A stretch of 64,000 nucleotides of DNA from Octopus vulgaris (GCA_951406725.2 OX597815.1:204848001-204912000); one strand, 5' to 3'; shown: positions 1 through 13,775, counted from the stretch's first letter. Program-made: numbers and translations. Notes: generated by a model not told the origin, from the letters alone.

Positions 1-229
1 AAGACTACGTATTCCACTCGTTTTTGTCGTGTAATTACTGTCCACGTCTTATATCTATCTCTCGTATGTATGTTATTAGCACCTTTGGGGACATCATGTA
101 CCCATATATACATGTATACACACACACACACATACATATTTATATAATATTTATATATTTAATTGAATGCGACGCATCCATTCCCAAGTATATACATAAA
201 TATATATAAATATATATATATATATAAAT

Positions 230-298
<69 letters not shown>

Positions 299-429
299 AA
301 ATACATACGTAAAAGACTTTTTCACTTTCCTGAGCATCAAACTAATACACCTGCTTGTTATTCATACACCTGTCTTCACCTTTTGTTTTTCTATAAATTT
401 CAACTATATATATATATATATATATATTC

Positions 430-510
<81 letters not shown>

Positions 511-515
<5 letters not shown>

Positions 516-609
516 AGGCATCATATGCCCTATCCATAAAGGTGGAAGCAGAGCAGAGGTCAAAAACTACAGAACTATCTCTCTGACTTCACATATCAGC
601 AAAGTCATG
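511..609 (+). mobile_element. CR1-group LINE reverse-transcriptase fragment
   Basis: Frame from 511: [33 protein letters not shown], matching the typical P(I)xK.G....NYRPISL motif. Confidence 0.75.
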
Positions 610-1628
610 GCGCGAAGACTTACAAAAACATTTGTGAAGTGTATGGTGATTAAGCTGTAGGTGAATCAACTGTTCCGAAGGTGGTTTGCAAAATTTAAAG
701 CTGGAGAGTTTAGCCTGGAAGATGACAGTTGCAGTGGAAGACCTTCAAAATTGGACGGTGTTTTGAAGGCAAAAATCGAAAAAATCTCGAATATTACGAC
801 TAGAGAACTTGCAGAAGAGATGGATGTTTCTAAAAGTATGGCTCATGAACACCTAGTGATTCTAGGATACATTTCTCGCTATACTGTATGGTTCCCTCAC
901 AATCTCTCGGAAAGGAATTTCTTGGACCGGTATTCCGTTTGTGATATGCTTTTGAAATGGAATGAAAGCATGCCTGTTTTTGAAACAATTTGTGACAGGA
1001 GATGAAAAATTGATTGTGTGCGAAAACGTAGTGCAAAAAAGATCCTGGAGTTTGCGTAAGGATCCTTCAAAACAGCAACCAAAGACGAATATCCATGCCA
1101 AAATAGTTATGCTTTGTATTTGGTGGGATCATAAAGGCATTATTTATTATGAGCTTCTCCCACAAAACAAGACCATTAATCCTGATGTGTACTGTCGTCA
1201 GCTGGACAATTTGAACCAAAAATCAAAGAACTGAGACCGGAGATTGACATCAAGAAAAGAGTAGTATTCCAATAAGGCAATGCCCAACCACATGTGTCTT
1301 TGGCTACCCGAACAAAGTTACATGAACTTGGCTGGGATCTCTTACCCCATCTACCTTATTCTCCTGATATTGCGCCATCCGACTACTACTTGTTTTTGTC
1401 TCTATAGAACTCATTGCTAGGAAAAACATTTAGCGATTTTGATGGAGTCAAAATACATCTAGATAACTTTTTTTTAATACTAATGGATTATTTAAATTGC
1501 TTGATAGATGGGTAAAGGTCATTAATAATAATGGAAATTATTTCATTGAATAAAATTTATTGAAATGTCAATTATTTATATCCCTTTTTGCATTATGAAA
1601 ATCGCTCAGAACTATCCGGACAACCTAA
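610..1628 (+). mobile_element. 5'-truncated, degenerate mariner transposon
   Basis: Frameshifted transposase: RWFAKFKAGEFSLED..SGRP, WFPHNL, VTGDEK, MLCIWWD, YSPDIAPSDYYLF. Right TIR ...actatccggacaacctaa followed by TA. Confidence 0.9.
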
Positions 1629-1646
1629 TATACATACATACATACA

Positions 1647-1723
<77 letters not shown>

Positions 1724-1787
1724 TAACTATATACATACATACATATATATATACATACATACATACATACATACATACATACATACA

Positions 1788-1820
<33 letters not shown>

Positions 1821-2224
1821 TTATACACATGTATATATTGACATATGCATGCATTTATTGATTATATGCATATATTTATGTATCTATCTATCAATCTATA
1901 TATCTATTTATTTGTGTGTGTGCGTGTACATATATGCATACAAACATACACACATGCAGAAAACAAAGTGAAAGGCACCTATTTCTGATTACTTTCTGAA
2001 AAAATGCATATTTCTAATGAAATTTTGCAGAGATACGCTTTCAGGATGTAGATTACGATTGATTTGATGAAATTTAAAAGAAAATTATTTGGGGTGGAAT
2101 TTCGGATCATTGTCTCATCTCCCAAATTTTTCTTTATTGCTCTCTTAAAATGTATATTGTTTAAGGAAATTTTTCAGAAATACATATTTGCAATTGTATA
2201 TCACGATTGTGTGGATAAAAATTA

Positions 2225-2470
2225 GAAAAATTGGTGTAGACAACAAACAGATGTATTAGTTTAACGCTCGGGAAGTGAAAATGTCTTTAACGTTTCGAGC
2301 CTACGCTCTTCCACAGAAAGAAACAAGGAGAGAAAATAAATAATGTGTAGTGGCTAGCGATCTATCATGGCGAAAGCAGGACAGAGGAGTCACACAGGAG
2401 TGCTAGGAAAAAGGGGAGATCATAAAGTAGTGGTGATCCCAAAAGGAATGTATAAGAGAACATTTATGTG
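2225..2470 (-). mobile_element. Penelope-like terminal fragment with a minimal hammerhead-like motif (2284-2321)
   Basis: Minus strand UCUUU-CUGUGGA-A-GAGCguagGCUC-GAAACGUU-AAAGA. Related sequence recurs at about 307-405 (+) and 58240-58380 (+). Confidence 0.45.
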
Positions 2471-2992
2471 CGCGTGAAAGAGGTCTGGTGACCTTGACGT
2501 GTGCGTGTGTATGTGTAAGTGTGTGGATGTGGGGCTTGGAAGTGGTCAGTGCCAGTGTGTGCGTGGTGGTGGTGTGACGTGATGTGATGTGGTGTGGTAT
2601 GGTGGTGTATGGTGTAGTGGTGTGTGGTGTGGTGTGATGGTGTTGGGATGTGGGGGAAGCGAGAGTGCTTAGTATTTTTGTGCTTTTTCTGTGTTAGTAT
2701 TTTTATTTTTCATTTCATATATTTTTGGGACTCATTGGCTCAGACAGCTGGATTTATGATTTCTCTAGGTTAATTCTATTCATAAAAATTTAAACTGCGA
2801 CAAAGAAACAGTGGATGATATAGATAACTTGACATTATTTTTGAATTATGCTTGCAAAAACATATATGATACAGGTATTCTTTTTCTTGGGACAAATTCT
2901 TTGTTGACCAGTGTTATTCTTATCGTAGTTTACAAATCCAAGCATGAAAACGTTACTCAACTTTGGAGTTTTGGAGACAGACGCCCCATTTT

Positions 2993-3024
<32 letters not shown>

Positions 3025-3660
3025 TACACACACACGCACACACATGCACTTATATATTAATGATGTACACAAATACATGACATAATACTGAAATATGCAT
3101 AAAGTGAACATACGCAGACAAATATATCATAAATATATAACAATAAAATAAATTTTGAAAAATGATTTATAAAAATACAATCAATGAAGAGACAAAAGAA
3201 ACAGTAAGATGATACATGTTGATTTTATTAGGTATTTCTGTTTATTTAGAAACCTACAATGAACAGGTCAGACGCTAAACTATAAATTTTACAGGATACA
3301 ACCTTAAAGTTGACACCGCTCCGTTAAACGCGGAAGATTTCTATCTCGCTATTGGCTAAAAATACCCAGTTTTTTCGATTTTTGAACCTCTTTAACTTTT
3401 TACTCCAATCTTTTTCTCCACAACATCATACAATGAGACTGGAAGGCTACATTATTGTAGCCGATTTTACGTTCTGAGTTTGCCTTTCATCATTTCGGAG
3501 TCGAAAAATTAAGTACTAGTTTCGTACTGGGGTCGATCTGATCGACTGGCTCCCTTCCCAAAAATTTCGGGCCTTGTGCCTAGGGTAGAAAAGATTATTA
3601 TAGCCGATTTTCAAATTTTTTATCTCCTTTTAAAAAGTACGAATGAAAAAAACTAGATCC

Positions 3661-3693
<33 letters not shown>

Positions 3694-4113
3694 CGCACGC
3701 TCTCTCTCTCTCTCACTCACGCACACAACACACACACACACACACATACATTCACACACACAAACATGCATTCACACACTCATCGGTCTTATTTCGGCCA
3801 CATCCAGGCATTTAGGCATCGCCAGCTTCCTGTCCAGAGAAATTCTCTTTTTCTAAAGGAACTACTGTCGCTAAGCAACTGATCCAATTCTGACAACACC
3901 GTGTGATCCGGATTGATCAACAGCAGCCTATTTTCCTGTAGCCATCTTGGAATTCCTGTATTTCTCCATTCGGTAATCTAAACCTAAAACAGACGGGTTT
4001 CTGTTAGAGGCCCGCGAAACTTTAAGTTGCAGGAGCCGAATCAAACTGTTTTAAATAATGCATGTAATTCCTACTAAATGTGTTGAGTACCTTTTCCTTT
4101 CGTTATTCACTCA

Positions 4114-4156
<43 letters not shown>

Positions 4157-4547
4157 TTGTAAGTATATGCATAAATAATAATGGGCATTCTTTATTCCAT
4201 TATCAAACGATTTCAAGGATCCGTGTGCTTTAATTCAAACATGCGTACACATAACATACTTATATGACTATAGAGGATTAGTAAAATACAAATTCATGAA
4301 GATATAAATATTTAAAAGCTTTATAAATTCCTTATTTAGGTTTCACCTAAGTACAAACAGGTGCAATCACATTCGTGAACAAACAGGAATCGATGCTTTC
4401 AGTACGATATGGGCATCAGCATTTTTTTATAAAAGTTAATCAAAATTATGTTCCTGCTAAGAAAACATCATCACACACACACATACACACATACACACAT
4501 GCATACATACACACACGTACACAAAGATAGCCAGCTAGTTATAAACA

Positions 4548-4592
<45 letters not shown>

Positions 4593-4613
4593 CATATATA
4601 TATACATACATAC

Positions 4614-4670
<57 letters not shown>

Positions 4671-4731
4671 CATAAATACATACATACATACATACAGACA
4701 GACAGACAGACAGACAGACAGACTGACAGAC

Positions 4732-4812
<81 letters not shown>

Positions 4813-5251
4813 TAGATATATACATGCATACGCACACGCACGCACGCACACACGCACGAGTAAGCATATACATACAAAATAAGGTGGAAAAAACAGTACC
4901 CGAATATCAAAATTCAAATGCTTATTCGTCAAATTGGATTATATCAAATCCTATATTGAATGTACTGTCACAATTTTATTCCATTCCTGATCACATCTGC
5001 CCGACGAACGGAAACGTGAAACTCTAAGTAGTCAGTTTTTGAAACTTTAATAAAAGAAGTGTTTCTGTTGTTCTTTTGTTCTTTTACTTGTTTCAGCCAT
5101 TTGACTGCGGCCATGCTGGAGCACCGCCTTTAGTCGAACAAATCCACCCGAGGACTTACTCTTCGTATGGTAGTACTTATTCTATCGGTCTCTTTTGCCG
5201 AACCACTAACAGACAGACAGACACACATTCTCAGTTTTATATATATAGAGA

Positions 5252-6511
5252 TTAGGTTGTCAAGAAAGTTCTTGCGGTTTTTAACCTTTAAATTCAGATG
5301 CATGTATCTCGGCTCAAAAAAAACTTTATTAATCGAAAAATACTCCATCAGAATCAACACACTTTTGCCAACGTGAAACAAGTTTATTTATGCCAGTAGC
5401 GATGAAATCGTTGAAGGGGTGTTTGGCATCGTCTTGGTTTTTGAAGCATTTCTCACGCAGGAAGTTGTCGAGATGCTTGAAAAAGTGGTTGTTGGTAGGC
5501 AAGAGGTCTGGTGAGTATGGCGGATGAGGCAAAGTTTCGTAGCCCTATTCGTTCAACTTCTGCAGGGTCAGTTGTGCAACGTGCGACCGAGCGTTGTCGG
5601 GGAGAAGAATTGGTCCTTTTCTATTGACCAATGCTGGCTGAGGTTGTCGGAGTTTCTTATGCATTTCGTCCATTTGCTGACAGTACTTCTCCGCGGTAAT
5701 GGTTTCGCTTGGATCCAAAAAGCTATGATGGACGAGACCGGCCGCAGACCACCAAACAGTCACCATGACCTTCTTTTGGTGCAACTTTGGCTTCGGGAAG
5801 TGCCGCGGAGCTTTGTCGGCGTCCAACCACTGAGCTGAGCGTCGCCAGTTGTCGTAAAGAATCCACTTTTCATCGCAAGTCACAATTCGGTCGAGAAACG
5901 GGTCGTTCTTGTTGCGTAAAAGAAGGGAAGACCACACTTCAAAACGGCGTTTTCTTTCTTTTTTCGTTTTTTTGTTTTTGGTTGTCGTTCAATTCGTACG
6001 GCACTCATTTCTCAAGTATTTTTGTTTTTCCAATCTCTTTCAAATTGGCATTTGTCGTATACGTTACGTCTAATTCAGAAGCAAGCTCTCGAACAGTTGT
6101 GCGTGGATTGGCTTCGACTAAGGCTTTTTGTTGATTGTTGTCAACATCAGATGGCCGACCACTACGCTTATCATCTTCAAGACTCTCGTCACCATTGTGC
6201 TGTACGTTCATTAGTGGTTCCTGGGACAAACGCACTGTTGATATCGCGAGCTTTTTCAGCAGCTTTTTGGCCTAGCTTGAACTGGAATAAGAAGATTGTG
6301 CGAATTTGCTTTTTACCCATGTTGTATTCAACGTTCCGGGAAAAAATGGCCAAATTATTCAAAAAGAAAAAAGAGTAACAGGATTAGATAGAGCGAAAAA
6401 CGGGCTTTAAAATGATATATAAAGTCAAAGTAATTTAACGAAAATTAATCTGAAAATACATAATTTAAAACCAAAATCAAAAATTCTGCAAGAACTTTCT
6501 TGACAACCTAA
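5252..6511 (-). mobile_element. Near full-length degenerate mariner, cecropia/Hsmar1-like
   Basis: TIRs ttaggttgtcaagaaagttcttgc / gcaagaactttcttgacaacctaa(TA). Transposase from ATG at 6320 with [36 protein letters not shown]; frameshifts and deletions. Confidence 0.95.
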
Positions 6512-6532
6512 TATACATATATATATAAATAG

Positions 6533-6569
<37 letters not shown>

Positions 6570-6576
6570 TAAATAA

Positions 6577-6626
<50 letters not shown>

Positions 6627-6811
6627 ATATTTCGGAATGGTCATATTGCCAGTTTAGCCAATAAAAACACACGCACTATATATTTGGTGTTATTTTGCTT
6701 CAGTGTTATTTATTTTTTACATTAATCTTAATTTTATTTCGGCCAAGGTTCTTTCGTCACACTCCTGTGACGGCATCAGTGGTCCTTTGTTTTCTTCTTT
6801 CTTATTTAAAC

Positions 6812-6971
<160 letters not shown>

Positions 6972-7571
6972 TATATAGTTGTTACTTCTGTGCATGTTAT
7001 TATGTATGCATTTATGTATGTATATATGTATGCATGTACATGCGTGTGTGGATGCGTGCATATGTGTTTCTGGGGCTATGTATATCTGCGAAAGTCGTTG
7101 ACAGTGGTAAAACAAGGTTGTTTTTGTATTCTTATTTGTTTTTGTTTGTTTTTTATTTTTGTTGTTCTTTTTTTTTTTTTAAATTAAACCTTTCCTTTTG
7201 AATAAAAACTTGCTGTGTAATATTTTATTGTGCTCGATTTGCGCACACTCTCCTTTGTCACTCTCTCCGTGGAATTCCCCGTTTGAAACCTGTAACCAAG
7301 CGAGGCTATTGTTCACTAAGTATAAATACAGTACATAAATATTTCAGCTACGACAAAATGAAATGACAAAACTCTAACAATAGCAGAGAATGATCTTTAG
7401 ACTTGGCACAAGGTCACAATATGCAGCCGGCTGATCTTAAGACTGATTCGACCACCCCCGTTGTCAGTTCGTGTAGACTAATTACTATTGATGAGAATAA
7501 TAATAAGCAGATATAAATAAATAAAAAAATAAATAGATAGATAAATAAATAAATGAATAAATACTTATAAT

Positions 7572-7962
7572 CAGGGCTGGATTAAGGCCAAGTGACGCCT
7601 TAAGCTCAGAATAACAAGTGTCCCTTTGACTCTTCCATTGCTTAACTGATAACAACATTCAGACATTAATAAATGTCAAATAATAGATAGAAAGAAAAAT
7701 TAGTTTATTCCAAACCAGACCGTACAACTATATTAAATACTATTATGAATATTATTAGATACTAATATTAATTTTATTTAATAATAGATGACAGTAAGTA
7801 AAATAAGCAAATTATAGTACAATTTTTTTTGCTCATTCTTCTGATAACTCATAGTTTAACATTTCTATCATAATAAATCCGTCGCTGAAAAAAATGTCTG
7901 GTGGGACCCTTTTCTTGGTTTTCTAGGCATGCTTCTATTGTTTAGTGGTTAACTTGGTTCTG
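7572..7962. mobile_element. hAT-type MITE
   Basis: Ends cagggctggatta ... taacttggttctg. 8-bp target duplication cttataat / ctgataat with 1 mismatch. Confidence 0.6.
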
Positions 7963-8229
7963 CTGATAATGATGTTGTTGCTGTTGTTTCTGCTGCTGCT
8001 ACTGCTGCTGCTGCTGCTTGTGTCATGTTTATATAACTCTGAAATTGCAGCAGTTGGCCATCTTTTCCTTAAAGCGTGCTGATGTACACATACGATTTAT
8101 CTAACGTCTGCTACACAGCCTACCAGTAGACTAAGAGCGTATAATATAGAGAAATGAATTGAAAACAGAAAAGATTTTGTTTAGCGCATCGCTGTTAATT
8201 AGCCACGTGACCAGACTCCTACCACTGTG

Positions 8230-8681
8230 TGTATTTCCCTCTCTTTCTCTCTCTCTTTCTATTTCTTTCACTTTCTTTCTGTTTCTTTGTCTTTTTCTTT
8301 CATATACACACAGTGCCCCTCTCTCTTTTTCTCTCTGCTCCCTCCCTCATTCTCTCTGCCCACTCTTTCTTTCTCTCACTCTCTCTCTCTCTCTCTCTCT
8401 CACACACATACACACACACACACATACATACATTCGACTTTACATGAAGTGGTTCTCACGCACACACTCTCACACATGCGCACAAACACACACCCTCCAC
8501 CTCCGCCTCACACCTTCACTCAAATACCTACACGTACGCTCGCGCAAACACTCACACACACACACACACACCAGTTCTGACCCATTCTTCCTCTCTCTGT
8601 GTCTCTCTCTCTCTCTCCCCTCTTCCTCTCTCTCTCCCTCTTCCTCTCTCTCTCCCTCTTCCTCTCTCCTCCTCTTCCCTC

Positions 8682-8753
<72 letters not shown>

Positions 8754-8830
8754 TTTTCACACTTCTCTATTTCTCATTCCGTTTCCTCAATGGTCTCGTT
8801 ACGCTTATATTCCCGATGTAAACGGAATAT
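8230..8830. promoter_or_regulatory. CT/CA-microsatellite-rich region upstream of exon 1, possible promoter or 5' end
   Basis: TE-free stretch with long (CT)n/(CA)n tracts 450-1000 nt upstream of the ATG. No transcription start can be fixed from sequence alone. Confidence 0.25.
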
Positions 8831-9278
8831 TTTAGTTACGCAGAAGAACAACAGCCAGAAGAGCCGCACGACCTAACAACACTACACGTCCGCTGGAAAT
8901 ATCGTTCTGAGAGAGAGAAGCAAGCCAAGCCGAACCACATCGGAAACTATAACCAAAAATAAAACATACAAACATATATATATATTTATATAAATAAAAC
9001 AGAAAAAAAACCAGAAATATATAACTGAAAAAGAAAACAAAATTCATATATATATTTTTTTTTTTACAAAATAGACATAAGAAGAGAAAAATCCAAACCA
9101 CGCAGCACTGCTAGCGCACATGTTCTTTGAATCTTGCGGAATATACACAACTATTCACAAGATAAACGCATAACATATATTGATATATATATATATATAT
9201 ATACACATATATATATATATTTATATCACAGCCGATGAGAAAAGTGTTTACACAGTCGCGGAAAGATTGTCATACAGA

Positions 9279-9450
9279 ATGAGTGAGGAAGTGTCGAAAA
9301 TCGTTGATTCCGACGGCAATCATATGGTGGTGAAATACGCCAATGGATATCCATTCCCGTCGTTTGAGAAATTAAAAGACAATCTTGACGAGTTCAAAAA
9401 ATGGACACCGAAACCTCAGGATGTCTTCCTTTTTGCCTATCCGTCATCTG
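9279..9450 (+). CDS. Cytosolic sulfotransferase (SULT1-like), coding exon 1 of 5
   Basis: ATG at 9279; MSEEVSKIVDSDGNHMVVKYANGYPFPSFEKLKDNLDEFKKWTPKPQDVFLFAYPSSG. Phase-1 donor G|gtaaat at 9451. Joins exon 2 to give the PSB loop YPSSGTHW. Confidence 0.9.
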
Positions 9451-9490
9451 GTAAATTTCTTTTCATTATTGTTGTTGTTGTTGTTGTAGC

Positions 9491-9551
<61 letters not shown>

Positions 9552-9681
9552 ATTGTTGTTGTTCTTGTTATTACGTCCGTCTTTACGTTCTGTGTTCATA
9601 TTCCGCCGCGGTCGACTTTACCTTTCATCCTTCAGGGGTCAACAAAATAAGTACCAGTTGAACATTATTATTATTATGATG

Positions 9682-9743
<62 letters not shown>

Positions 9744-9783
9744 CTTCATCATCATCACCATCATTATTATTATTATGATGATG

Positions 9784-9845
<62 letters not shown>

Positions 9846-9897
9846 CTTCATCATCATCATCACCATCATTATTATTACTATTATTATTATTGTTATT

Positions 9898-9931
<34 letters not shown>

Positions 9932-10403
9932 AGGTGGCGAGCTGTCAGAATTCTTAGTATGCCGGACATAATGCTATGCTTAGCGGCATTTCTTCCGGTT
10001 TTTTGTCTTGAGTTTAGATTCAACCGAGGTCGGTTTTTGCTTTCCACCTTTTAGGGGTCGATGAAATAATGTAATCGACTTACCCCCTTCCTCGAAATTG
10101 TTAGTAATAGTTGGGTACTGGTGCCAATGTAATCGACTTACTCCTTTCCTCGAAATTGCTGGCATTGTGCCAAAATTTGAAATCATTCCGAGCCAGCAGA
10201 ATCGTTGGCACGGTGGCAAAATGCTTTGAGGCATTTCGTCCGTCTTTACATTCTGAGTTCAAATTCCACCAAGGTCCGTTTTGCTTTTCATCCTTTCGGG
10301 GTCGATAAAATAAGTACCAATTGAACACTGGGATCGATGTAATCGATTTAACTCTTCCCCCCGAAATTGCTAGCCTTGTGCCAAAATTTGAAACCATTAT
10401 TAT

Positions 10404-10944
10404 TTTTTTTCCTTCTTTCTTCAAATTTTCTTCTATTTCTCGCCGAGTGTTTTCTGTACAGCTAGGACAGAGAAGCTCATTGTATTCATTCCTGGATTAC
10501 ACACGCAAATTCACAGGTAAAATATGTATTTAAAAAAATTAATAAATAAATAAATTCATAAATGGATGTTGTTTTCACAGCATTAATGCTCTTCTCAGTA
10601 CATGAGTCGTTCCAGTTAACACGATTTTTTGCACTTCCTGTAGGGATGGTAAGCCTGGAATCATTTTCAAATAGGTTTCAGTACCTTTTTTTTATCATTC
10701 CTAGAGATCCTACAATCACTGGTACTGTAGTCGACTTGAGATGCCACATTTTTTCAATTTCTATTAGCAGGTCTTTATATTTATTAATCATGTCAAATTC
10801 TTTCGCCGCTATATTGTGATCGCAAGGAATACTCATATCGATTAATAAACACACCTTTTTTGTCTGATTTTTTATAATAATATCCGGTTTATTAGCTTTT
10901 ATAGTTTTGTCGGTATGTACGGGGTAGTCCCAGAGAATCGACAC

Positions 10945-10946
<2 letters not shown>
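10404..10946 (-). mobile_element. R4/Dong-clade non-LTR retrotransposon, 3' fragment
   Basis: ILWDYPVHTDKTIKANKPDIII...LLIDMSIP...KYKDL..EIEKMW..VPVIVGSLG: restriction-like endonuclease PD..D motif. Flanked by (TTA)n on both sides. Confidence 0.85.
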
Positions 10947-11013
<67 letters not shown>

Positions 11014-11931
11014 GGCAGCGAGCTGGCAGAATCGTTAGTACGCCGGACAAAATGCTTAGTGGCATTTCGTCGTCTTTAAGTTCTGAGTTCAAATGTCGCT
11101 GAGTTCGACTTTGCTTTTCATCCTTTCGGGGTCGATAAAGTAGTACCAGTCGAGCACTGGGGTCGATCTAATCGACTAGCCCACTCACGCAAAATTTCAG
11201 GGTTGTGCCTACAGTAGAAAGGATTATTATTAGCTGCATATTTTCCGGCTTTGCGTTCTGAGTTCACATTCCACCGATGTCGACTTTGCTTTTCATCCTT
11301 TCGGGGTCGATAAAATAAATATCAGTTGTACAATGGGGTCGATGTGATCGACTTAGCCCCCTCTCTCGAAATTGTTAGCCTTGTACCAAAATTTAAATCA
11401 ATCATTATTATTATTTTATTATTATTTAGTGAGGGAGCAGTGCATGACATCAAAGTGATACTGGGATACAATAATACCCATCATGACTACCTATCTTCTA
11501 AGGGTACACCAAGCTCATGCACCACAACCATATGTAACCGACATGCTGATCTCATATCAAGATAAACAGTGCATGATCTTGCAGGAGGAGCCCTATTCCG
11601 CTCAAAAGGCCCCCAAATAAGAGTTGTTTAAATACTATGAACGATACACCCATGTTTCCAAAGGTGAATTATTCAAACTCCGAAGAATACCTCTCATAGC
11701 TATGATGCACCCCTACTACTCCTGCTCACGATCAGATATGCACATAACGTCAGCCACTAAGAGACATGCCAACAGGTTAAAGTCAAGCAACTAACAAGCA
11801 AACCTGTGGTATTGAGCAAAATATTTGCTGTAGCCCATCTTTTTACACTTAGAAAAAACATGTACATGTTAACACTTCCAAATAGTTAGGATCAGTAGCT
11901 GTGGGAGCCACTGCTTGGTACTGCATCATGG

Positions 11932-11973
<42 letters not shown>

Positions 11974-12195
11974 GTAAGGCGGTGAGCTGGCAGAATCGTT
12001 AGCAAGCCGGGCGAAATGCTTAGCAGCATTTCGTCCGTTTTTACGTTCTGATTTCGGATTCTGCCGAGATGGATTTTACCCTTCATCCTTTTGGGGTCGA
12101 TAAATTGAGTACCGGTTGTGTACTGGGAGGGTGGTCGATGTACTCGTCTATCCCCTCCCCCAAATCTCAAGCCTCTGCCTATAGTAGAAAGCATG

Positions 12196-12293
<98 letters not shown>

Positions 12294-12688
12294 GGCGGCG
12301 AGCTGTCAGAATCGTTAACACGCCGGGTAAAATGTTTAACAGGCGTTTCGTCCGTCTTTACATTCTGAGTTCAAATTCCACCGAGGGCGACTTTGTCTTT
12401 CATCCTTTCGGAGGTCAATAAATTAAATATCAGTTGAGTACTGGGGTCGATGTAAAAAATTTCGGGCCTGTTGCCTTTAGTAGAAAAGATTATTGTTATT
12501 ATTGATCTTGCTGTTATTGTTGTTGTTTCGTAGTTTTATGCATTATCTTATGCTTTCGCTGCACAGCCGAGTGCAGCTCTCAGCACCTTGAGTCCATGAA
12601 ATGCGTTTAGTCTGAACTGTATTGACTGCACTCTTAATAATAGGTTAGCAATGCCTGGCAGTGTTAGTGTCTGTACGTTGCACACACT

Positions 12689-13076
12689 GTGGAGGCGCAA
12701 TGGCCCAGTGGTTAGGGCAGCAGACTCGCGGTCATAGGATCGCGGTTTCGATTCCCAGACCGGGCGTTGTGAGTGTTTATTGAGCGAAAACACCTAAAAG
12801 CTCCACGAGGCTCCGGCAGGGGATGGTGGTGATCCCTGCTGTACTCTTTCACCACAACTTTCTCTCACTCTTACTTCCTGTTTCTGTTGTACCTGTATTT
12901 CAAGGGGCCGGCCTTGTCACTCTCTGTGTCACGCTGAATATCCCCGAGAACGACGTTAAGGGTACACGTGTCTGTGGAGTGCTCAGCCACTTACGCGTTA
13001 ATTTCACGAGCAGGCTGTTCCGTTGATCGGATCAACCGGAACCCTCGTCGTCGTAACCGACGGAGTGCTTCCATCC
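12689..13076 (+). mobile_element. tRNA-derived SINE (family A), full length
   Basis: A box tggcccagtgg, B box gtttcgattcc. 14-bp TSD acgttgcacacact. Confidence 0.92.
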
Positions 13077-13191
13077 ACGTTGCACACACTAACAAAATAG
13101 TTAGAGCGCTGGAAAAAAAATATCATCCAGCATTTGTTCCAGCTCTTTACAGTTCAGGTTCATATCTCGCCGAGGAGAATTTTGCTTAACT

Positions 13192-13294
13192 TTGGGGCAA
13201 GTGTCTTCCGCTATAGCCCCGGGCCGACCAATGCCTTGTGAGTGGATTTGGTAGACGGAAACTGAAAGAAGCCTGTCGTATATATATATGTATA

Positions 13295-13360
<66 letters not shown>

Positions 13361-13775
13361 TGTGTCTGTGTTTGTCCCCCTAGCATTGCTTGACAACCGA
13401 TGCTGGTGTGTTTCCGTCCCCGTCACTTAGCGGTTCGGCAAAAGAGACCGATAGAATAAGTACTGGGCTTACAAAGAATAAGTCCCGGGATCGTAGACGG
13501 AAACTGAAAGAAGCCTGTCGTATATATGTTTATATATGTATATGTATGTGTGTGAGTGTGTGTTTGTGTGTCAGTGTTTGTCCCCTTAGCATTGCTTGAC
13601 AACCGATGCTGGTGTGTTTACGTCCCCGTCACTTAGCGGTTCGGCAAAAGAGACCGATAGAATAAGTACTGGGCTTACAAAGAATAAGTCCCGGGGTCGA
13701 TTTGCTCGACTAAAGGCGGTGCTCCAGCATGGCCGCAGTCAAATGACTGAAACAAGTAAAAGAGAGAGAGAGAGA
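13192..13775 (+). mobile_element. Family B SINE with an internal tandem duplication of about 240 bp
   Basis: Segment gtagacggaaactgaaag...aagtcccggg occurs twice (from 13251 and from 13493). Confidence 0.85.

Noticed and set aside
9451-9650. Poly-Val transmembrane-like extension of ORF 9180..9650
   Set aside because: Read-through past the exon 1 donor into an intronic (GTT)n tract; the splice to 32491 restores the SULT motif.
12689-12765. tRNA gene
   Set aside because: A and B boxes are present but it is the head of a multi-copy SINE with body, tail and TSD.
12823-13026. Repeated 67-aa ORF MVVIPAVLFHH... (also 21272, 33309)
   Set aside because: Incidental frame within family A SINE copies.
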